Origin: Bdellovibrionota bacterium | GTDB lineage: Bacteria; Bdellovibrionota_C; UBA2361; CAKMMH01 | DNA: 64,000 nucleotides | NCBI GenBank assembly: GCA_050952645.1 | Contig: JBMNLI010000017.1 | Coordinates: 196,970 to 260,969 of the forward strand | Direction: 5' to 3' | In this document: positions 42,615 through 53,724 of the stretch, in pieces | Numbering within the stretch: the first letter of the stretch is position 1 | Layout: the number at the start of each line of letters is the position of its first letter | The notes under the pieces: generated by a model | Seen by the model: only the letters and a program-made list of their open reading frames with translations | Told to the model about the DNA's origin: nothing | The model's database searches: none | Made by a program: the position numbers and the translations under genes

Positions 42615-43646
42615 TTAGAAGCATTTGCCTGCTAACTGTCCGCAAGCGGCTGCTATATCTTTTCCTTTTGAATAGCGAATAGTAGTCGTTATTTTAGAAT
42701 TTAATAGATTATTTGCAAACTCGAAAACTACTTTTTCATTTGGGGTTTTAAAAATATTTTCATCACACTCATTATAAGGGACTAAATTTACTTTAGCTTT
42801 TAGGGACGACACTATCTTTCTTAATCTTCCTAAATCTTCTCTAGTATCGTTTACTCCTTTTAGCATCACGTATTCTATCGTAATTTTTCTTTTACCTTTA
42901 AGTTTAACTTCTTTTAGTGCTTCGATTAACATCTCTAATGGATATTTTTTATTTATTGGCATTAAAAAATCACGAAGCTCATTCGTTGTAGCATTTAGAG
43001 AAACTGCTAAGCTTGCTTTTATCTCCTGCTCAAAAAAATCTTTTATCCTTGGGACTATTCCACAAGTAGAAACTGTAATTTTTCTTGCACTAAAGGCATA
43101 TCCGTATTCATCGTTTAAAATATCTATTGCCTTTACTACATTATCATAATTTAAAAATGGCTCTCCCATTCCCATAAAAACGATATTAGTAAAATCTTGC
43201 AAATGAGCGTTTGCATCGTAAAGCAAGAACCTAACTTGTCCTATAATTTCCGATACTTCTAAATTTCTTTTAAATCCTAATTTAGCGGTTTGACAAAATG
43301 CGCAATTCATAGCACAACCTACTTGTGAAGAAATGCAAATAGTATTTCTTTTATCTTGTTTTATAAATACAGATTCTATATATGAGCCATCACTCAATTT
43401 GAAAGAATATTTTCTTGAGCCATCTTTAGAGTTTAATTTTTTTTCTAGTGTTAATTCTGGAAAAGAAAAAGTAACCTTAAAAATTTCTCTAGTATCTCTT
43501 TTAATATCGGTCATTAAAGAAAAGTCGGTTATCCCTCTAGCGTATACCCATTTAAAAAGCTGGTCTGCTCTAAACTTTGGAAGTTCAAATGTAGCACTTA
43601 AGTAAGAAGCTAAGTCTTGTCTAGTAAAATTAAAAAAATTTATCAT
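42615..43646 (-). CDS. rlmN: 23S rRNA (adenine2503-C2)/tRNA methyltransferase RlmN (radical SAM)
   Basis: CAMNCAFCQT radical-SAM cluster motif; 343 aa. Confidence 0.9.
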   Translation of the reverse strand: MINFFNFTRQDLASYLSATFELPKFRADQLFKWVYARGITDFSLMTDIKRDTREIFKVTFSFPELTLEKKLNSKDGSRKYSFKLSDGSYIESVFIKQDKRNTICISSQVGCAMNCAFCQTAKLGFKRNLEVSEIIGQVRFLLYDANAHLQDFTNIVFMGMGEPFLNYDNVVKAIDILNDEYGYAFSARKITVSTCGIVPRIKDFFEQEIKASLAVSLNATTNELRDFLMPINKKYPLEMLIEALKEVKLKGKRKITIEYVMLKGVNDTREDLGRLRKIVSSLKAKVNLVPYNECDENIFKTPNEKVVFEFANNLLNSKITTTIRYSKGKDIAAACGQLAGKCF

Positions 43647-43889
43647 ATAATTTATAAAGTTTTCTTAAAAGAATTTTTTAGGGGGTAGCTTTACGAGTAT
43701 CTAAATACGCACTTTGTATAAGTTAATTATCTTATTTTTTAAGCTCTTTTGCACGTTTATTAAGTTTTAAGCACTAAAAACTAGCCTTATTTCTCCTTTA
43801 AAGAGAAATCTTTTAAAAGAAAATAATTTTTAAGAGCCTCTTTAAAAACGTGCGAAAGAGTAAAAAAACGCAAAAAGATTAAATTAAAC

Positions 43890-44300
43890 TTATAATTCTG
43901 GAAAGAAAAACTCGACTTCCGTTTTAGCATTTTCTATACAATCAGAGCCGTGCACAGAGTTTCTATCGATACTTTCTGCGAAGTCTGCTCTAATAGTTCC
44001 TTTTTCCGCTTTTGCTGGGTCTGTTGCTCCCATAAGAGTTCTATTTTTAAGAACTGCGCCCTCTCCTTCGAGAACTGAAACTACCACTGGGCCACTTATC
44101 ATAAATTCTACTAACTCATTATAAAAAGGCCTATCTTTATGAACTTCATAAAATTTTTGTGCTTGTTCTTTAGTTAAAGTTAGCATTTTTATTGCTATTA
44201 TTTTTAAGCCGTTATTTTCAAAACGACTCAAAATATTACCTATAACACTTTTCTCCACTGCATCAGGTTTTATTATCGATAAAGTTCTTTCTATAGTCAT
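43890..44300 (-). CDS. ndk: Nucleoside diphosphate kinase
   Basis: NGSD/HGSD active-site region (NSVHGSD); 136 aa. Confidence 0.95.
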   Translation of the reverse strand: MTIERTLSIIKPDAVEKSVIGNILSRFENNGLKIIAIKMLTLTKEQAQKFYEVHKDRPFYNELVEFMISGPVVVSVLEGEGAVLKNRTLMGATDPAKAEKGTIRADFAESIDRNSVHGSDCIENAKTEVEFFFPEL

Positions 44301-44487
44301 AAATATTATCTCCTTTTAATTAAATACAAATTTATATTTTTATTACACTCTTAATTTATACACTCTTAACTTAGCAATTAATTTATACGCATTTTTACTT
44401 ATACGCATTTTAATTTATTTTATATTTTTATTACCTTTTTTTGTTATATGCTTTTATTTTAAGAAAAGTTTTGCTTGTATACAGAAA

Positions 44488-44736
44488 TTATGCTTCAGCT
44501 TGTTCTACTGCCTTTGGCGCTTCTTTTAATCTTTTTATTATACGTCCTTTAGTTAAATCGTAAGGCGATATTTCGACTACTACTCTATCTCCTGGAAGTA
44601 CTCTAATATAGAAACGTCTCATTTTACCTGCAAGGTATGCAAGGAGTTCATGTCCGTTATCGCATTCAACTCTAAAAGTGGTATTAGGGAAACATTCCTT
44701 TACCACGCCATTTAATTCTATTGTATCTTTTGCCAT
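44488..44736 (-). CDS. infA: Translation initiation factor IF-1
   Basis: S1-like IF1 sequence ([16 protein letters not shown]...PYDLTKGRI); 82 aa. Confidence 0.95.
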   Translation of the reverse strand: MAKDTIELNGVVKECFPNTTFRVECDNGHELLAYLAGKMRRFYIRVLPGDRVVVEISPYDLTKGRIIKRLKEAPKAVEQAEA

Positions 44737-45094
44737 ATATAAACTTTTTATTTTAAAATTGTTAATAAAGTTCTTTTTTAAAAGTAAACATTATTTAGGT
44801 TATTACATACTACTACACTTCTATGCTTTTTTAGTATACTTTTTATAGTATACATTTATAGCTATACTTTTATAGCTTAAAGGATGCTTTCATATTTTAT
44901 GAAAAGAACTTAAGTAAAATTTAGCCTGTTTAAAAAAGATAAAAATTTTTTCTCTTTTAAAAAATCTTTTGGCTTTCTTTAAATAAACTTTTTATATGAT
45001 AACATTTTTTAAGCAAAAACTGCAAAAGCTAGAATTAAAAAAGTAGCGAAAACTCCCTTACTTTCAATTTTTGATTTTACAAATTAGTTATTTA

Positions 45095-46520
45095 TCAATT
45101 AAGTTTACTAAAAACATCTTTGTGTTCTCTAAGAAAATTTATTGCCGCCGATTTAGCATCTAAGTCTTCATTTTGGTTTTTAGCTATTTGAAGCCATTTT
45201 AAAGCTTCTTTTTTATCTGTCGCTACGCCTTCTCCATTAAAATACATCATGCCGACATAAGCGGCACCTCTAGGATTCCCTTGATCTGCAGCTTTTTTAG
45301 CCCATTTAAATGCTTCTTTAAAATCTTTAGAAACTCCTTTCTCAATTATATACATATTAGTTAAAAAAAAGCTGGGCAAGTACGCTTCCACGCTCCGCAC
45401 CTTTTTTATACCATTTTACAGCTTCTTGATAATCTTGAGGAACTCCTTGACCAAGTTCATAGACAATGCCTAGGTTAGTCAATGCGTTAGCATTTTCTTT
45501 CTTAGCAGCTTTTCTATACCATTTTATCGCTTCTTTATAATCTTTTAGAACGCCTGCTCCTAACCTGTACATGCTTCCTAAATTATCTTGAGCTATAGCA
45601 TCTCCTTGCTCTGCGGCTTTTTTATACCACTTAAATGCCTCTTTATTATCTTTAGGAATGCCCTCACCATTTAAATACAAAGAACCTAAATCATTTTGAG
45701 CAATAGCAAGGCCTTGCTTGGCAGCTTTTTTATACCATTTAACAACCTCTGTATAATCCTTTGAAACACCTTGCCCATTTAAATACATCAACCCTAAATT
45801 ATACTGAGCTATGGCGATTCCTTTCTCTGCGGCTTTGATATGCCATTTTGCCGCCTCTTTATAATCTTGAGAAACTCCTTGTCCTAAAAAATACATATTA
45901 GCTAAATTAAATTGAACATTCACATCGCCTTTTTCAGCAAGAGTTATGCAAGAGTTTAATTCTTCGGAGTTAAGTTTTATATCATCTACGTTAAAGTCCT
46001 TTTTATTAAACTCGATTTTCTTTTCTGTTAAAGGGCAAGCTATTTTTTTTCCGCCGCAAGAGTAGAATAGTATTAGGAGTAATACGATTGTGATTGCAGA
46101 TATTTTTATAATTTTTTTATTTTTGCATTCGTTATTTTCTTTATTTATATTTTCTTTATTTATTTTTTCTTTATTTACATCGCTTTTATTTACATCTTTT
46201 TTATTATCGATAAATTTATTATCATTAAATTTATTATCGTTATTTTTATTACTTATTAAATTGCTAGTTTCTCTATCGTTTATTTCATTTTTAAAAACCT
46301 CACTAGCTTTTTTCCATAAAAAAGTTTCTAAGTTATCATCTTCTAAGCTGTTATCTAAAGTGCTACTAGCTAAAGTGCTATCATCTAAAGCACTACTATT
46401 TGAAATTAACGTATCTTTACTTATTCTACCTTTTTTAATTTTTTCTAAAATTTGAGATTTTGAAAAACCTCCTACTGGTTTTCCATCGATAAGCATATAG
46501 TAAATATTATTATTTTTCAT
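45095..46520 (-). CDS. Sel1/TPR-like repeat protein with N-terminal TM/signal and N/K-rich linker; split into two ORFs by +1 base in an A8 run at about 45362-45372
   Basis: Seven or more Sel1 units (GxGVxxDxxEAxKWYxKAAEQG). Removing one A gives ...AQLFLTNMYIIEKG..., in phase with the repeat. Confidence 0.75.
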
Positions 46521-46585
46521 AACCTTCTTTTCCTAAAAAAGAAACACTAAATTTAATATAAAGAACTACTAGAAGTAGTATAACG

Positions 46586-47971
46586 CTACTCTTTAAAATA
46601 CTTGTCTAAAAACATTCTTCCTAATTGCGATGCGGTTTTCATAAACTTTCCATTATGAACTATTACTATAGCTACCGCAATTTGTGGGTCATTTGATGGA
46701 GCACTCGCTATAAACCAATTCGTAAGCCCTTTAGGATTATCTCCATTTAACGTGCCAGTTTTTGCCGATACTGGTATTTCAAAATTTCTAAAATATTTTT
46801 TAGAAGTCCCCGAAGTAGTCGTCTTTGCCATCATTTTTAAAAGCTCATCGGCCGTGCCCTTATTCATAACTTCTTGCAGAACTTGCGGTTTGCTTTTATA
46901 GAGAATCTCCCCCGTTGGCGCTACGACTCTACTTATCATATAAGGCTTTGGAATCACCCCCTTGTTAGCGACACCTGCCATAATCATCGCAGCATGAAGC
47001 GGACTTATGCGAACATCTCCAAACCCTGCACCAGTTCGACTAAGCTCATAATCTCCCTCAGGAATATTAGCTTCACTACTAGGCTGTATCATATCAAACG
47101 GAAGCTCCTCATTAAAACCAAACCTATTTGCATAATTCATCAAAGTCGCTTGATTTAAATATTTTAACGCCACTCTACCAAAAACAGGATTACAAGATTT
47201 TCCTAAAGCATCTGAAAGAGACATATGCCTTTTATCTAACTTACCACTAGGGGCATAATTATACTTATTTAATATATAATCGCTTCCCCTATACGCTATG
47301 CGAGAATCTGCACGCAGAACTCCAGCCTCTAAAGCTGCCGTAGCAGTAACTATCTTAAATAACGAAGCCGCAGGAAGCCCAGCATACAATTCAAAATTAG
47401 GAATATCTGAAAGCCCATCCATTGCTACAACTCTTCCCGTCTTAGGTTCTAAAGCTACTAGTGCTACGTGTGGCACCTCTGCTTGTTCTAAAATACTCGT
47501 AGTGTAACTTTGAAGTTCTGGGTCTAACGAAAAAAACACTATATTTCCAGCACGTGAAACCGCCTTTAAAGATTTCTCCGTCTTATACAATTCTTCATCA
47601 AACGACGGAATCTTAGTTAACAAAAATGAATTGTCTTTTAAATTTACTAAAAGCTTAACTGGAGGAAATTTCTCTAAGCTACCTAACGCCTTAATATTCA
47701 TTCTAGGTTTAGGAGCTTCTTTTTTAATATTAGTTTGAACTATTAGTTTTTTTACACTATTAGATGGATTGTGAAATCCAAAATAGTAAATGGCTATAAA
47801 AGCAGGTACGAAAAAACAAGATATAAAAGCTAAATACGAAAAAATTTTTTGCTTCTTTAATTTATACCTCTTGCGTTTCTTAACAACCTGCCCCTGAAGA
47901 CAACTTGGTTTATCACTTTTAAAAAAATTCATCATAATTACAATAAAAAGGTAAATAAAAAAATTCTTCAC
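46586..47971 (-). CDS. Class B penicillin-binding protein transpeptidase (PBP2/FtsI-like)
   Basis: SxxK (ASLFK), KTGT motifs; N-terminal TM; 461 aa (start uncertain). Confidence 0.7.
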   Translation of the reverse strand: MKNFFIYLFIVIMMNFFKSDKPSCLQGQVVKKRKRYKLKKQKIFSYLAFISCFFVPAFIAIYYFGFHNPSNSVKKLIVQTNIKKEAPKPRMNIKALGSLEKFPPVKLLVNLKDNSFLLTKIPSFDEELYKTEKSLKAVSRAGNIVFFSLDPELQSYTTSILEQAEVPHVALVALEPKTGRVVAMDGLSDIPNFELYAGLPAASLFKIVTATAALEAGVLRADSRIAYRGSDYILNKYNYAPSGKLDKRHMSLSDALGKSCNPVFGRVALKYLNQATLMNYANRFGFNEELPFDMIQPSSEANIPEGDYELSRTGAGFGDVRISPLHAAMIMAGVANKGVIPKPYMISRVVAPTGEILYKSKPQVLQEVMNKGTADELLKMMAKTTTSGTSKKYFRNFEIPVSAKTGTLNGDNPKGLTNWFIASAPSNDPQIAVAIVIVHNGKFMKTASQLGRMFLDKYFKE

Positions 47972-48077
47972 GTTTTAAGGTGTTTTTAAAACCTCAAAAT
48001 TAGCATCACCCTTAAAGCTCTTAAAGCACTGGCTTTAACTCTTAAAATTATCATCAATTATTTATCATCAATATTTA

Positions 48078-48302
48078 GGCTCTTCACGTTTTATGTGGGT
48101 TAAAAACCTTTAAAATTAGTATCACTCACCTCGACGAAGCCCAAAAGAAAATTGACTTTAAAGAAATTTGCATAAAATAAATTACTTTAAATATAGTTGT
48201 AATTTTTCTTTAAACTATAGATAGTTTTCTATAAAAGCCAATTTTCTTTTAAGCTAACCCCCAATAACAATTTTTTCTAACCCACCTAAAACGTGAAGAA
48301 CC
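48078..48302. repeat. MITE-like element, subfamily 2 (225 bp) between kdsA and the PBP gene; partial solo end at about 47965..48010
   Basis: TIRs GGCTCTTCACGTTTTATGTGGGTT / AACCCACCTAAAACGTGAAGAACC; intact CGAAGCCCAAAAG site. Confidence 0.8.
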
Positions 48303-48333
48303 ATTATTTATCATCAATCGCTTATCATCTATT

Positions 48334-49193
48334 TTACGCTATTTCTCTAATTCTTAAAAGCCTATCTATTAAGCTTGGAAATTCCTTAAGTGGCACCATA
48401 TTAGGCCCATCACTTTTAGCTTTTTCTGGCTCTGGGTGAGTCTCAAAAAACAGCCCATCGCAACCTATCGCCATTGCACATCTTGCTAGAGGCTCTACTA
48501 AGCTTCTATCCCCACCTGAAGCATTTCCTAGGGCGCTCGGTTCTTGCACGCTATGCGTCGCATCGAAAATTACTGGTGCTCCAAAAGATTGCATCTTAAC
48601 TACTCCCTTAAAATCGTTTACTAAGCGTCCATAACCAAAAAAAGTTCCTCTCTCACAAATCATCACATTTTTATTCCCCGTACTATTAACCTTTTTTATA
48701 ACATTTATCATATCCGTAGGTTGCATAAATTGCCCTTTCTTAATGTTTAAAGGCTTATTAGTTTTTCCTGCAGCTAAAAGCAGATCCGTTTGTCTAGCTA
48801 AAATGCTGGAATCTGAAGCACATCACAAACATTGGCCACAATTTGAGCTTGATAGCTTTCATGAATATCTGTAATTACGGGAAGCCCCGTTTCTTTTTTA
48901 ACCTTTAATAGAGCGTTTAACCCCTCTTCGATACCTATACCACGAAAAGAATCTATGCTAGTTCTATTAGCCTTATCGAACGAGGCTTTAAATATAACAT
49001 TTATATTACGAGTTTCTTTTAAATTACTTAAAACATCGGCAATTTTTAGCAAGATTTCTTCGCTCTCTATAACGCAAGGACCCGCAATCAATAATAAAGG
49101 CATGCCCTTTCCAACTTTAAAATTTGCTATATTAACTATATTATTAGTATTTAATTCCATTTTTTCACATCCTTTTAAAAATATTATCATCAA
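48334..49193 (-). CDS. kdsA: 3-deoxy-8-phosphooctulonate (KDO8P) synthase, split by a 1-base deficit in a T run at about 48797-48801
   Basis: N-terminal ORF ends ...QIPAF*; adding one T gives [33 protein letters not shown]..., continuous with the C-terminal ORF. Confidence 0.85.
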
Positions 49194-49259
49194 TATAATA
49201 TATAAAGGGTAAAATAAATAGTGAAAGTTATTTATAATTTTTTTTAAAGGAGACTTAAA

Positions 49260-49823
49260 GTGGCATTTTGGAAAAAAGGAGATTCATCAAAAAATAATCT
49301 ATCAAAAAATAATCTATCAAAAAACAATCTATCAAAAAATGATTTAAAAAATAATTTAGAAGATAACGAGCAAGACGCATCTTCTAGCGACAATTATTCT
49401 AATAATAAATCAAACGATACTTTTGCGATTAAAATAACTAGTAGTAAAGAAGATTCAAAAGATAATTCAAAAGATAATAAATCACAAGAAATTACTACTA
49501 ATGTAGTTCGTTCTGCATTAGGTGCAGGCACAGTTATTCAAGGCAAGCTTTCTTTTGATACGCCAGTTAGCATCGATGGAAAATTAAGTGGGGAGTTATT
49601 TTCTTCCGAAACCGTTATTATAGGAAAATCAGGCGTAGTAGATGCGACTATCGACGTTCGCTCACTCGTAGTTTATGGAAAAATCAAAGGTGATATTAAA
49701 GTATCAGAAAAAGCTACCTTTTTAAATGGCGCTATAATCGATGGCTCTATTTCTACACCATCTTTAATAGTAGAAGAAGGAGCAACGATAAATTGCAAAT
49801 TCGAGATGAAAAAAAAGAATTAA
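49260..49823 (+). CDS. Bactofilin (DUF583) cytoskeletal protein with an N-terminal KNNLS repeat extension
   Basis: Beta-helical bactofilin core ([15 protein letters not shown]...[11 protein letters not shown]...); (SKNNL)x4 repeat. Confidence 0.7.
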   Translation: MAFWKKGDSSKNNLSKNNLSKNNLSKNDLKNNLEDNEQDASSSDNYSNNKSNDTFAIKITSSKEDSKDNSKDNKSQEITTNVVRSALGAGTVIQGKLSFDTPVSIDGKLSGELFSSETVIIGKSGVVDATIDVRSLVVYGKIKGDIKVSEKATFLNGAIIDGSISTPSLIVEEGATINCKFEMKKKN

Positions 49824-50018
49824 AATATAAAGAACGAAATTTTTTTCTGTAATAGCTTTAAAGAAATTCTCTAAATACTCGCTTTTATTTGCCACTATTT
49901 AAATAAAAAAAACGATCTATTTTTTTACATAAATTTTTACAGAAATCTTTACATAAATCTTGGTGTTCTTTTAAGTTGCTATCAAGCTTTAAAGATTTTA
50001 GTTTTACTTATTTTTATT

Positions 50019-50091
50019 AGTTCTTTACGTTTTGTTTTAAAATTCTCAAAATAGCACTATCCTACCTACACGCCTAAAACGTGAGAAAACC
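50019..50091. repeat. Miniature (73-bp) derivative of the MITE family: two TIR-like ends with a short spacer, 3' of rplS
   Basis: AGTTCTTTACGTTTTG ... CGCCTAAAACGTGAGAAAACC. Confidence 0.5.
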
Positions 50092-50138
50092 TTTTTATTT
50101 CTACTATTTTGATTATCTATTTTGATTATTTGTTTTGA

Positions 50139-50473
50139 TTATCTTTTCTTAATCTTAGCAGCTTTACCACGAAGGTCTCTTAGATAATAAAGTTTTGCTC
50201 TTCTTACACGTCCTTTTGAAACGACCTCTATCTTATCTACTCTTGGGCTATGGACAAAAAAAGTTCTTTCAACTCCTATGCCACCAGCGCTAATTTACGA
50301 ACTGTAAAAGTGCCACCAGCTTGAGTGCCACCATTTCTTTTTATTACAACGCCTTCAAAAATTTGGATACGCTCTTTATTACCCTCTACGATTTTTGCAT
50401 GAACTTTTACAGTATCACCAGCTCTAAAATCAGGGATATCAGTTTTTGTATAATCTAAAGCATTTGCGTTCAT
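50139..50473 (-). CDS. rplS: 50S ribosomal protein L19, frameshifted by a 1-base deficit in an A run (CGTAAATTAGC, expected CGTAAAATTAGC)
   Basis: N-terminal 65 aa in the track ORF; C-terminal ...[51 protein letters not shown] is in the +1 frame. Confidence 0.85.
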
Positions 50474-50653
50474 CTTTTTTACCTTCTTTCCTTTTTTCTT
50501 TTGAAATTCAAACTACTACTTATAACTACTCACACTTTTTAAAATGCATATCAAAATAATATAACATAACTAAAAATATAGTAAATAGGTTTACCAAATG
50601 ATTTTTTATGTTAAAATGTAAAATTGTAATTTTAAAATAACTATAAAATTTTT

Positions 50654-50995
50654 ATGAATACAAAACTTAAGTATAACATAATAAAAAGAAAAAAGAAAAC
50701 TTTAAGGCCTAAAGAGGATCCTAAAAAAGAAGAAATAATAAAAAAAATTTCAGATATTTTCGATGAAAATGGCTACAAAGTGCGTAGGGAAAAATTGCAT
50801 CAAGGTTTCGGCTGGAAAGCGATAAGTGGTTCTTGCAGAGTTAACGATGAAAATTTAATTTTTTTAGATAGGAAGCTTGGGCAAGACGATCAAATGATTT
50901 TTCTTATGCTACAAATAAAAGAAAAAGACCTTGGCATGCCTAAAGATTTGCTTTTAGAAATACCAGATAAATTAAAAAAGATAGCTAAAATCTAG
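50654..50995 (+). CDS. Hypothetical basic protein (113 aa)
   Basis: ORF only. Confidence 0.35.
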   Translation: MNTKLKYNIIKRKKKTLRPKEDPKKEEIIKKISDIFDENGYKVRREKLHQGFGWKAISGSCRVNDENLIFLDRKLGQDDQMIFLMLQIKEKDLGMPKDLLLEIPDKLKKIAKI

Positions 50996-51848
50996 AGTTA
51001 AATCTCAACAAGTGTTCTTTTGCTCCATTTAGTGTATCTCTAGTTTTATTATTTTTAGTTATCACTACCCTATATCTAATAGAGTAAATCCCTTTATCCA
51101 TATTTTTATGTCTATATTTAACATTAGTATGATAAGTTAAAATCTTTTTTCCAAGTTTAAAAAATTTATCTTTTACACCATTTCTTTTTAATTTTCTTAT
51201 ATGTATTAAATATTTAAATCTCGCATTATTTCTTTTTTTATTCTTTCTAATGGTAGCTTTTAAAACTTTAGGAAGTTTTATAAGTAGAGCATTTCTATTT
51301 TTTAATTTTTTAATTTCTGGCCTTGGCACTTCCATTCTTGGATATGCAAGCTTTATTGCATTAGAGTTTCTAGGCGTTTTAGTTGGTGCAGCGGTAGGCG
51401 TAAAACTAGGAGTAAAAGTAGGCGTAAAAGTAGGAGTAAAAGTCTGCGTGTTTGTAGGGGTAAAAATTATCGTGCTAATAGGCTCTATGGTAGGAGTATT
51501 AGTTTTAGTAGGAGTAGATGTATAAGTAAAGCTTGGTGTGCTAGTATTTTCTGGCGTTATAATATTAGTAGGAGTGAAAGCATACGTATTAGTATTATTT
51601 AAAGTAGGAGTTGGTGTAAAAGTAGCGGTAGCTGTAAGAGTAGGAGTAAGGTTAGGAGTTTTAGTAGGCGTTAGTGTGGGAGTTAGAGTAGGAGTTGGAG
51701 TTAGAGTCCATGAGTATCCTTTAGGAGTTTCATCGCAACCGTTTTCTAATGCATTAAATCTTTTAATGTTAAAATCTGCAAAAGGATCGTCTTCTGGTTC
51801 ATCATCTACGCAATCATCTAAGCAGTTTATTATTCCATCGCCGTCCAT
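50985..51848 (-). CDS. C-terminal fragment of the IS-disrupted RCC1/Ca-binding/TP-repeat surface protein (DxDxDG motif, TPT repeats, basic tail)
   Basis: The frame stays open upstream of the ATG through the IS boundary and is in phase with the 53725..56345 gene once the IS and one TSD copy are removed. Confidence 0.7.
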   Translation of the reverse strand: MDGDGIINCLDDCVDDEPEDDPFADFNIKRFNALENGCDETPKGYSWTLTPTPTLTPTLTPTKTPNLTPTLTATATFTPTPTLNNTNTYAFTPTNIITPENTSTPSFTYTSTPTKTNTPTIEPISTIIFTPTNTQTFTPTFTPTFTPSFTPTAAPTKTPRNSNAIKLAYPRMEVPRPEIKKLKNRNALLIKLPKVLKATIRKNKKRNNARFKYLIHIRKLKRNGVKDKFFKLGKKILTYHTNVKYRHKNMDKGIYSIRYRVVITKNNKTRDTLNGAKEHLLRFNSRF

Positions 51849-51931
51849 ATCATCAGTGTTTTTATAAGTTCTACCGTAATACTGGGCTTGCTTACCGTAA
51901 TAAGTAACCTTAACTTTGCAAAAAAGTTCAC

Positions 51932-53167
51932 CTAAAATTTTTTTTGTAATTTTTTATTTATTTGAGCAGCTTTTAATCTTACCTTATCAGCATCTATATC
52001 AAACGCATTTAATATAGTTTTTTGTCTTTTGCTTACTGCATAGCTCAGCTGATATAAATCCTTACTCCCTCTTACCATTTCAATTTTTTCAAGTTCTTTT
52101 AATGCGGCAGGAACATTCATATAGTTTGGCTTTTTTGTTAGCTTAGAAAGTTCTTCATTAAGTAGAATATAAATGCGATTGCGAATTATAAGTGCTATAA
52201 ACTCTATAAAAATTTTAGCAGATACTGCCTGAGATGAATGAACTCTCATACTTTTTGAGCCTAAAAAAGTCTTATCAATAGCAAAAAGTTTCTCAGTTGC
52301 GTCTCTACCCTTGTAAAGTATTATAGCTTCTTTAGCACTCATTTCTTCCGAACTAACAAGACAAAAATACCCACATAAATTAAGAGCCTTTTGAATTTCA
52401 TCTGCTCTCTCTTCTACTTTTCTTAACTTTCCTTGATTGTCATAACTTAAATCAAAAAATTGCTTATACGTTTGTCCAAACTTTGTATCTTTGCCAATAT
52501 GGTTTTTTAAAAATTGTTCAAACTCCTCTAATTTAATTTCTAGTTGCTCCCTCTCAAATGCTTGCTTTTCCGCACTAAAATAAACATGAAAATAACGCTC
52601 CTTACTATCATCATCATATAATTTTGATTTCACTGTAGTGCCATATACCTTGTATAAGCGAATACTACAGTCTCTTTTAGACTCAAATGTATTCCTGTTT
52701 TCTTCTACTAATTTAGAAACTAAAGCCTTACACCCTTTTACCATCAATAAAAAAGAAAAACCACTATTATCCATATATTGAATATTATATTTACTAAAAT
52801 AACCACGGTCTAAAATAAATCCTATCTTTTTATATCCATACTCTATAACCTTATCTGCCATATGAGTAAATTGAGAAACGTCTGTAATAGAACCAGGATA
52901 CTCTTCGTAAAATAACGGAACTCTATTCGTTTGATCAAAGGCAATGGATAAATTAAATACTGGGAATCCTTTTTCGTCTTTCGCTTTACCAAACTCTACT
53001 AATTCAACATCACCTGCTTGACAGTTCTTATTAGTCGAATCATATGAAACGTAAACCATTTGATTGCGATCTTTTCCCTTGTTCCAATCGTCAAGAAAGT
53101 TAATTATCTGCTCTTTGCTAACAGAAGAAAGAAAACGACTTATGGTAGAATCACTATAGATGCGCAT
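51932..53167 (-). CDS. IS1634/IS4-like DDE transposase (C-terminal 411 aa; frame open upstream to about 53290 without an ATG)
   Basis: Transposase-like sequence; upstream extension ...SQYYPDYAFSHPLF is paralogous to the end of the 53332..53622 ORF. Confidence 0.7.
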   Translation of the reverse strand: MRIYSDSTISRFLSSVSKEQIINFLDDWNKGKDRNQMVYVSYDSTNKNCQAGDVELVEFGKAKDEKGFPVFNLSIAFDQTNRVPLFYEEYPGSITDVSQFTHMADKVIEYGYKKIGFILDRGYFSKYNIQYMDNSGFSFLLMVKGCKALVSKLVEENRNTFESKRDCSIRLYKVYGTTVKSKLYDDDSKERYFHVYFSAEKQAFEREQLEIKLEEFEQFLKNHIGKDTKFGQTYKQFFDLSYDNQGKLRKVEERADEIQKALNLCGYFCLVSSEEMSAKEAIILYKGRDATEKLFAIDKTFLGSKSMRVHSSQAVSAKIFIEFIALIIRNRIYILLNEELSKLTKKPNYMNVPAALKELEKIEMVRGSKDLYQLSYAVSKRQKTILNAFDIDADKVRLKAAQINKKLQKKF

Positions 53168-53331
53168 ACCTTTTGTAAAGAGTGGATGAGAAAAGGCGTA
53201 GTCTGGATAATACTGACTGACATTCTCTTCATTTACAATAAAATAACTCGCTAAATCAAGTATAAGTTCACTACGTTCACCAAAATGTTTTTTTTAGTAA
53301 AAAAGGCAAATTAAATTCATTTGCTACTTTT

Positions 53332-53622
53332 TCAATCACCAAGTGGGGGACCTATACGAAGACAACAACTGCGTGAAGCGTCTGAAAATTTCTCGGGCAT
53401 AGGGGCATCTGGAAAATAATTACTATAATTGTCATTAGGGTACATAATATCATCTCTACCATCAACTAATTTTCCAATAACGCTACGCTTTGGATTAGTA
53501 TACTGTTTCTCTTTATTATAAGTGCGATCGTATTCAAAAAGCACATATTTTGCTTCCCCTTTTTCTCTTATAATTATTTTATTTCTTTGCTCTGGTAATG
53601 GAACTGTTCGATTGTAATTCAT
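53332..53622 (-). CDS. N-terminal transposase fragment (96 aa) of the same IS or a diverged second copy
   Basis: IS1634-type N-terminus; ends ...NYSNYFPDAPMPEKF, homologous but not identical to the upstream extension of the main transposase ORF. Confidence 0.5.
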   Translation of the reverse strand: MNYNRTVPLPEQRNKIIIREKGEAKYVLFEYDRTYNKEKQYTNPKRSVIGKLVDGRDDIMYPNDNYSNYFPDAPMPEKFSDASRSCCLRIGPPLGD

Positions 53623-53724
53623 AAAACCTCCTTTAGGTTAACGGTTGCACTAAAAGTATAGCATAGTAAATACACAGATGCAAGTAAAAAAAATGCATAA
53701 TTTAACGATTATTTCTTATTTATT

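Noticed and set aside
48334-50473. kdsA and rplS as true pseudogenes, implying an LPS-less or ribosome-defective organism
   Set aside because: Both are disrupted only by a single-base homopolymer length change and are otherwise perfectly conserved. L19 is essential, so this is a sequencing or slippage artefact, not gene loss.
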